The notes below the pieces were generated by a model. It worked only from the letters and a program-made list of their open reading frames with translations. It ran no database searches and was not told where the DNA came from. This document shows, piece by piece, positions 58,746-64,000 of a DNA stretch of 64,000 nucleotides; within the stretch, counting starts at the first letter, position 1, and each line of letters starts with the position of its first letter. The DNA is taken from the NCBI GenBank assembly GCA_040768745.1, contig JAXGMI010000001.1:1408001-1472000 (forward strand). The letters run 5' to 3'. This stretch comes from Desulfomicrobium sp. (GTDB lineage Bacteria > Desulfobacterota > Desulfovibrionia > Desulfovibrionales > Desulfomicrobiaceae). Made by a program: the position numbers and the translations under genes.

Positions 58746-59874
58746 AAAGAAGGAAATTTTCGCCCTTGGCAACGAGGCTGTGGTGGAAGGAGCCCTCCTG
58801 GCGGGCTGTTCCTTCTACGCGGGATATCCCATCACCCCGTCCACGGAAATTGCTGAAGTCATGTCCGCCCGGCTGCCCATGGTCCAGGATGGGGTCTTCA
58901 TCCAGATGGAAGACGAAATCGCCAGCATGGGGGCCATCATCGGAGCGTCCCTGGCCGGTCGCAAGGCCATGACTGCCACCTCGGGCCCAGGCTTTTCGCT
59001 CATGCAGGAAAATCTCGGGTATGCCTGCATGACCGAGGTGCCTCTGGTGCTGGTCAATGTCATGCGCGGTGGGCCAAGCACAGGCCTGCCGACCAGCCCG
59101 GCCCAGGGTGACATGCAGCAGGCCCGTTGGGGCTGCCACGGGGATCATCCCATCATCGTCCTTTCGGCCAGCGACGTGCAGGAATGTCTGGAAATGACCG
59201 TTGTCGCCTTCAATTTCGCCGAGAAATACCGCACTCCCGTCATCCTGCTCCTGGACGAAATCACGGCCCACACGCGGGAGAAGATCGTCGTTCCCGATCC
59301 CCAGGACCTGGAAATCCTGTCCCGGGTCACTCCGGCCATGCCGCCGGAATGGTATGTCTCCTATGAGGAAACCATGCGCGGGGTTCCCCCCCTGCCGCCC
59401 CTGGGTTCGGGATACCGTTTTCACGTCACCGGCCTGACCCACGACCAGAACGGATTCCCGACCTCCAGGCCGGACGAGGTCAAGTCCCTCATCCACCGGC
59501 AATTCCGCAAGATCGACCAGTTTTTCTACGACATCCAGCTGGTGGAGGAATTGCAGTGCGAGGATGCAGAGGTGGTGGTCATCGCCTACGGCTGCGTGGC
59601 GAGGTCGGCAGAGCTGGCCGTGCACATGGCTCGTGAGCGAGGGGTGAAGGCCGGGCTGCTCAAGCTCAAAACCCTTTTCCCCTTTCCCAAGACCGTGGTG
59701 CAGGCCTTGGCCCGCCAGTGCAGGGCCCTGGTTGTGCCGGAGATGAACATGGGGCAGATGTCGCGCGAGGTGAAGCGGGTCAACAACGGCTTGGCCCATG
59801 TGGTGACCAACAACCGCGTGGACGGCCAGATCATCACCCCCTCGGAAATCTTCAAAAACATCATGCAGGCGTGA
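58726..59874 (+). CDS. 2-oxoacid:ferredoxin oxidoreductase alpha subunit
   Basis: YPITPSTE, QMEDE, TSGPG. Confidence 0.93.
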   Translation: MVIKKRKKKEIFALGNEAVVEGALLAGCSFYAGYPITPSTEIAEVMSARLPMVQDGVFIQMEDEIASMGAIIGASLAGRKAMTATSGPGFSLMQENLGYACMTEVPLVLVNVMRGGPSTGLPTSPAQGDMQQARWGCHGDHPIIVLSASDVQECLEMTVVAFNFAEKYRTPVILLLDEITAHTREKIVVPDPQDLEILSRVTPAMPPEWYVSYEETMRGVPPLPPLGSGYRFHVTGLTHDQNGFPTSRPDEVKSLIHRQFRKIDQFFYDIQLVEELQCEDAEVVVIAYGCVARSAELAVHMARERGVKAGLLKLKTLFPFPKTVVQALARQCRALVVPEMNMGQMSREVKRVNNGLAHVVTNNRVDGQIITPSEIFKNIMQA

Positions 59875-59876
59875 CC

Positions 59877-60728
59877 ATGGCACAGGTGACACAACTCATT
59901 CACGACTATCTTAGGCACAACAAGAAGTTCCCCCATGTCTACTGCGCAGGATGCGGCCACGGCATCGTGCTGGGCTCCCTCATCCGCAGCGTGCACGGAC
60001 TGGGCTACGCCAAGGACGACATCGTCCTCGTGGCCGGCATCGGCTGTTCCGGCCGCATGGCCGTCTATGTGGATTTCAACACGGTGCACACCACGCACGG
60101 CCGGGCCCTGACCTTCGCCACAGGCATCAAGATGGCCAACCCGGCCCTCAAGGTCATCGTGGTCATGGGCGACGGGGACGCCATGTCCATCGGCGGGAAC
60201 CATCTCATCCACGCGGCCCGGCGGAACATCGGACTGACGGTTCTGGTCCTGAACAACAACATCTACGGCATGACCGGCGGACAGTATTCCCCCACCAGCC
60301 CCGAGGGGACTGTTTCGGCCACATCGCCTTTCGGGCAGCTGGAGCGCGCCTTTGACATCGTGGACATGGCCGTGGCCAGCGGGGCCAGCTACGTGGCCAG
60401 GGGCACGGTCCTGCACGCGACCATGCTCGATGGGTTGATTTCCGCGGCCCTGGAAAAGCCGGGTTTCAACCTGGTGGAGATTCTGACCCCTTGTCACACC
60501 CAGTATGGCCGCAAGAACAACTTCAAGACGGTGGTTGACATGTACCAGTGGTACAAGAAGAACACGGTCAAGCTGGAAAACTACCAGAAGATGGCCGATG
60601 TCGACCGCAGCGGACTGACCCCCATCGGCGTATTCCGGGACGAGGGCCGTATCGGGCTCGAGGTGCGGTACGCGCAGCTGCGCAACAAACTTCAGGAGCA
60701 GGGGACATGCCAAAGCAGCACGAACTGA
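59877..60728 (+). CDS. 2-oxoacid:ferredoxin oxidoreductase beta subunit
   Basis: CAGCG, GIGCS, GDGD, YGMTGGQYSPT. Confidence 0.93.
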   Translation: MAQVTQLIHDYLRHNKKFPHVYCAGCGHGIVLGSLIRSVHGLGYAKDDIVLVAGIGCSGRMAVYVDFNTVHTTHGRALTFATGIKMANPALKVIVVMGDGDAMSIGGNHLIHAARRNIGLTVLVLNNNIYGMTGGQYSPTSPEGTVSATSPFGQLERAFDIVDMAVASGASYVARGTVLHATMLDGLISAALEKPGFNLVEILTPCHTQYGRKNNFKTVVDMYQWYKKNTVKLENYQKMADVDRSGLTPIGVFRDEGRIGLEVRYAQLRNKLQEQGTCQSSTN

Positions 60729-61318
60729 ACCGATTCGAAATCCGGCTTTCCGGCACGGGGGGCCAGGGTATCCTGACCCTGGGCAAGATCATGGGGCAGG
60801 TCCTGGCCCTGGACCACGGTTTCCACGTCACCCAGACCCAGAGCTACGGGCCGGAGGCCAGGGGCGGGGCCAGCCGGGCCGATCTTGTTGTCAGTTCGCG
60901 GAGGATCAGCTATCCTAAACCCGTCCAGCTCGACATGTTGGTGGCCCTCAGCCAGGAGGCATGCAACCTGTATTTCCGCAACCTGAAGCCCAACGGCTTT
61001 CTTTTGGTGGACACCACCCTGGTCACCCAGGCCCCGTCCAATATCTTCTGGGGACTGCCGTTCACGACCATGGCCCGAGAAAAGATCGGCGTGGCGCAGG
61101 CCACCAACATCGTTTGTCTGGGGGCCATGAGCCATTTTCTGCCGTTCATGAATTTTACCAATGTGAAAAAGGCCCTGGCCGGGGTGCTTCCGGCCAAGAT
61201 TCTGGACGTCAACATCAAGGCCCTGACCTTGGGTTACAACCAAGCCAAGAAACTCTATCCGGACGCTCCCGAGAAATGGACATACTCCTCACCAACGACG
61301 ATGGAATCCGAGCAGTAG
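60707..61318 (+). CDS. 2-oxoacid:ferredoxin oxidoreductase gamma subunit
   Basis: GTGGQG, SYGPEARGG. Confidence 0.93.
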   Translation: MPKQHELNRFEIRLSGTGGQGILTLGKIMGQVLALDHGFHVTQTQSYGPEARGGASRADLVVSSRRISYPKPVQLDMLVALSQEACNLYFRNLKPNGFLLVDTTLVTQAPSNIFWGLPFTTMAREKIGVAQATNIVCLGAMSHFLPFMNFTNVKKALAGVLPAKILDVNIKALTLGYNQAKKLYPDAPEKWTYSSPTTMESEQ

Positions 61319-62046
61319 GGCTCAGGGCGCTCTACGGGGCCCTGACCCATGCCGGACATCGCGTGCACGTGGCCGCACCCATGACCGAACAGAGCGCGGT
61401 CGGGCATTCAGTGACCCTGTTCTCCCCTTTGCGGGTCAAAGAGGTGGAGGAGAAAGGTTTTTCGGGATTGGGGATCTCCGGCACCCCGGCGGATTGCGTG
61501 AAGCTGGCCCTGAGCCACCTTCTGCCCCGGCGGCCCGATGTCATCGTGTCCGGCATCAACGCCGGGGCCAACGTGGGCGTGGACGTGCTCTACTCGGGCA
61601 CCGTGTCCGCGGCTACCGAGGGGGCCCTGGCGGGGATTCCGGCCATGGCGGTGTCCGTGGACGATTTTCATCCCGAGGAGCTTTCGGCTCAGGCAGAGTA
61701 TGCCACACGTCTGCTGAATGAGGAATTCTGGGGGGCTTTTCCCCGCCACTGCGTGCTGAACCTCAACTTCCCGGCCGGGAGGCTGGACCAGGCCAAGGGC
61801 CTCAAGGTCTGCCGGCAGACCGGTTCCACTTACAGGGACTGGTACGACGAGCGCAAGGACCCGCGTGGGAATCCGTATTTCTGGCTGTGCGGGGTCATTC
61901 CGGAAGAGAACGTGGCCCCCGACACGGACCGGGGGTGTTTGAGCGACGGCTATATCACCGTGACCCCCCTGACCTTTGATCTGACCCATGCCGCGTATCT
62001 CGAAACCTTGCGCGGGCATCTGGAAACCAATGATCTGAAATTTTGA
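61276..62046 (+). CDS. surE: 5'/3'-nucleotidase SurE
   Basis: ILLTNDDG, GTPADCV, SGINAGAN, YSGTV. Confidence 0.96.
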   Translation: MDILLTNDDGIRAVGLRALYGALTHAGHRVHVAAPMTEQSAVGHSVTLFSPLRVKEVEEKGFSGLGISGTPADCVKLALSHLLPRRPDVIVSGINAGANVGVDVLYSGTVSAATEGALAGIPAMAVSVDDFHPEELSAQAEYATRLLNEEFWGAFPRHCVLNLNFPAGRLDQAKGLKVCRQTGSTYRDWYDERKDPRGNPYFWLCGVIPEENVAPDTDRGCLSDGYITVTPLTFDLTHAAYLETLRGHLETNDLKF

Positions 62047-62057
62047 AGGAGACGACC

Positions 62058-62981
62058 ATGCCGCTGACCACCCCTAAAGAAATGTTTGCCAGGGCCTACG
62101 CCGAAGGTTTTGCCGTCGGCGGCTTCAACGTGAACAACATGGAGATTATTCAGGGCATCATGGAGGCGGGCAACGCCGAAAAATCGCCGCTCATTCTGCA
62201 GGTGTCCGCTGGGGCCCGGCGCTATGCCGGCCAGGGCTACATCATCAAACTCATGGAGGCAGCTCTGGCCGAGAACGATCTGCCGGTCTGTCTGCATCTG
62301 GATCATGGCCAGAATTTCGAAATCTGCAAGGACGTCATCGACGGGGGATTCTCCTCGGTCATGATCGATGGCTCGCATCTGAGCTTCGAGGAGAACATCG
62401 CCCTGACCAAGCAGGTCGTGGCCTATGCCCATGACCGGGGGGTGTGGGTCGAGGCCGAGCTGGGCAAACTGGCCGGGGTGGAAGACGATGTCAGCTCCGA
62501 GCACAGCGTGTACACCGACCCCGATCAGGCTGCGGAATTCGTGGGCCGCTCCGGGTGTGACTCCCTGGCCATCGCCATCGGCACCAGCCACGGCGCGTAC
62601 AAATTCGCCGGCGAGGCCAAGCTCGACTTCGACCGCCTGGAAAAGATCGCCAAGCTGCTTCCGGGCTATCCCATTGTTCTGCACGGGGCCTCTTCCGTGC
62701 CGCAGGAGTTCGTGGCCATGGCCAACCAGTACGGGGCCCAGATCGGCGGGGCCAAGGGCGTGCCGGAGGAACTCCTGCGCAAGGCAGCCGCCTCGGCCGT
62801 GTGCAAGATCAACATCGACACGGACATCCGTCTGGCCATGACCGCCACTATCCGCAAGTACCTGGCGGAAAATCCGTCCCACTTCGACCCGCGCCAGTAC
62901 CTGCAGGTGGCCAGGACCGCGGTGCGGGACATGGTGGCCCACAAGATCCGCAATGTTCTCGGCTCATCCAATAAAATTTAA
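62058..62981 (+). CDS. fba: Class II fructose-bisphosphate aldolase
   Basis: HLDHG, SVMIDGS, GTSHGAYK, VLHGASS. Confidence 0.96.
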   Translation: MPLTTPKEMFARAYAEGFAVGGFNVNNMEIIQGIMEAGNAEKSPLILQVSAGARRYAGQGYIIKLMEAALAENDLPVCLHLDHGQNFEICKDVIDGGFSSVMIDGSHLSFEENIALTKQVVAYAHDRGVWVEAELGKLAGVEDDVSSEHSVYTDPDQAAEFVGRSGCDSLAIAIGTSHGAYKFAGEAKLDFDRLEKIAKLLPGYPIVLHGASSVPQEFVAMANQYGAQIGGAKGVPEELLRKAAASAVCKINIDTDIRLAMTATIRKYLAENPSHFDPRQYLQVARTAVRDMVAHKIRNVLGSSNKI

Positions 62982-62995
62982 ATGAGGGTATTGAA

Positions 62996-63991
62996 ATGGC
63001 AGTAAAAATCGCACTGAACGGTTTTGGACGCATCGGACGTTATCTGGCCAGGATCGTGGCCAACGACAAGGACATCGAACTTGTCAGCGTGAATGCGCGC
63101 GGCGACAACATGCAGCTCGCCCACCTGCTCAAGTACGACTCCGTGCATGGCACCTTTGCCGGAGAGGTCACGGCCAACGATGACGGATTTCTCCTCAACG
63201 GTCGGCAGGTGAAGGTCACCCGCAACGCCCCGGAAGCCTGGGACTGGAAGGGGATTGACATCCTGATCGAAAACACGGGCAAGTTCACGGATCGCGAGAG
63301 CTGCGAGAAGCATCTGGCCGCCGGGGCCAAGAAGGTGCTCATTTCCGCTCCGGGCAAGAAATCAGACCTGACCGTGGTCATGGGCGTCAACGACGACCAG
63401 TACGATCCGGCCAGGCACAACATCATCTCCAACGCCTCCTGCACGACCAATTGCCTGGCTCCCGCAGCCAAGGTCCTCAATGACAGTTTCGGCATACGCC
63501 ACGGGCTGATGACCACCATCCATTCCTACACCATGAGCCAGCGCATGCTCGACGGCACCCACAAGGACATCCGCCGGGCCAGGGCCGGGGCCATGAACAT
63601 CCTGCCCACGACCACGGGTGCGGCCAAGGCCGTGAGCCTCGTCATTCCGGCCCTGGCCGGGAAGCTCGACGGCATGGCCGTGCGCGTGCCCACGCCCAAC
63701 GTGTCCCTGGTGGACCTGGTGGCCGAGGTGGAGAAGCCGACCACGGTGGCCGAGGTCAACGCTGCTCTGAAGGCCGCGGCCAGCGGACCCGAAGGCGGGG
63801 CCATGGGCTACACCGAGGTGCCGCTGGTGTCCTGCGACTATGTGGGCAGCATCTACGGCGGTGTTGTGGACGGGCTGTGCACCGCGGTCATGAACGGGAC
63901 CATGGTCAAACTCATCGTGTGGTACGACAACGAGGCGGGATTCACGAACCAGCTGCTGCGCCTGACCAGGATGGTCGCGGCCAAGTTGTAA
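62996..63991 (+). CDS. gap: Type I glyceraldehyde-3-phosphate dehydrogenase
   Basis: NGFGRIGR, SNASCTTNCLAP, WYDNE. Confidence 0.97.
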   Translation: MAVKIALNGFGRIGRYLARIVANDKDIELVSVNARGDNMQLAHLLKYDSVHGTFAGEVTANDDGFLLNGRQVKVTRNAPEAWDWKGIDILIENTGKFTDRESCEKHLAAGAKKVLISAPGKKSDLTVVMGVNDDQYDPARHNIISNASCTTNCLAPAAKVLNDSFGIRHGLMTTIHSYTMSQRMLDGTHKDIRRARAGAMNILPTTTGAAKAVSLVIPALAGKLDGMAVRVPTPNVSLVDLVAEVEKPTTVAEVNAALKAAASGPEGGAMGYTEVPLVSCDYVGSIYGGVVDGLCTAVMNGTMVKLIVWYDNEAGFTNQLLRLTRMVAAKL

Positions 63992-64000
63992 CGCATCATC

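Overview
Chromosomal segment of a GC-rich sulfate-reducer-type bacterium. Gene content and order suggest Desulfovibrionales, Desulfomicrobium-like (inference). From about 17.5 kb to 64 kb it is mostly housekeeping: mtaD-like deaminase, cobO, purM, rplM-rpsI, lon, leuS, the rib and fab/plsX clusters, sodB, gltX, tmk, a 2-oxoacid:ferredoxin oxidoreductase operon, surE, fba and gap. There are three IS copies: two IS1595-family elements with their own 8-bp target duplications, and an IS1182-family element that duplicated a whole terminator hairpin. tRNA-Thr(GGT) and tRNA-Pro(GGG) lie near the left end. The main accessory feature is a 9.5-kb phage-satellite-like (PICI-like) element, 8061-17560, bounded by a perfect 21-bp direct repeat that is the first seven codons of the mtaD-like gene. 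It carries an integrase, an AlpA/Xis-like HTH, a primase-DUF3987 replicase with embedded iterons, a RuvC-like resolvase, a Zn-finger protein and a DUF5681/TerS-like protein, but no recognisable capsid, portal or TerL. Near its right end is a cas-less CRISPR-like mini-array of three identical 26-bp hairpin repeats with a 60-61-bp period. Every spacer contains an operator-like palindrome. The array sits inside a captured gene fragment with a 34-bp duplication, and the whole cassette is bracketed by ~70-bp direct repeats. Two more such palindromes lie at 15421-15487. This apparent collection of palindromic sites on a satellite is the best candidate for an undescribed system; its function cannot be determined from the sequence alone.
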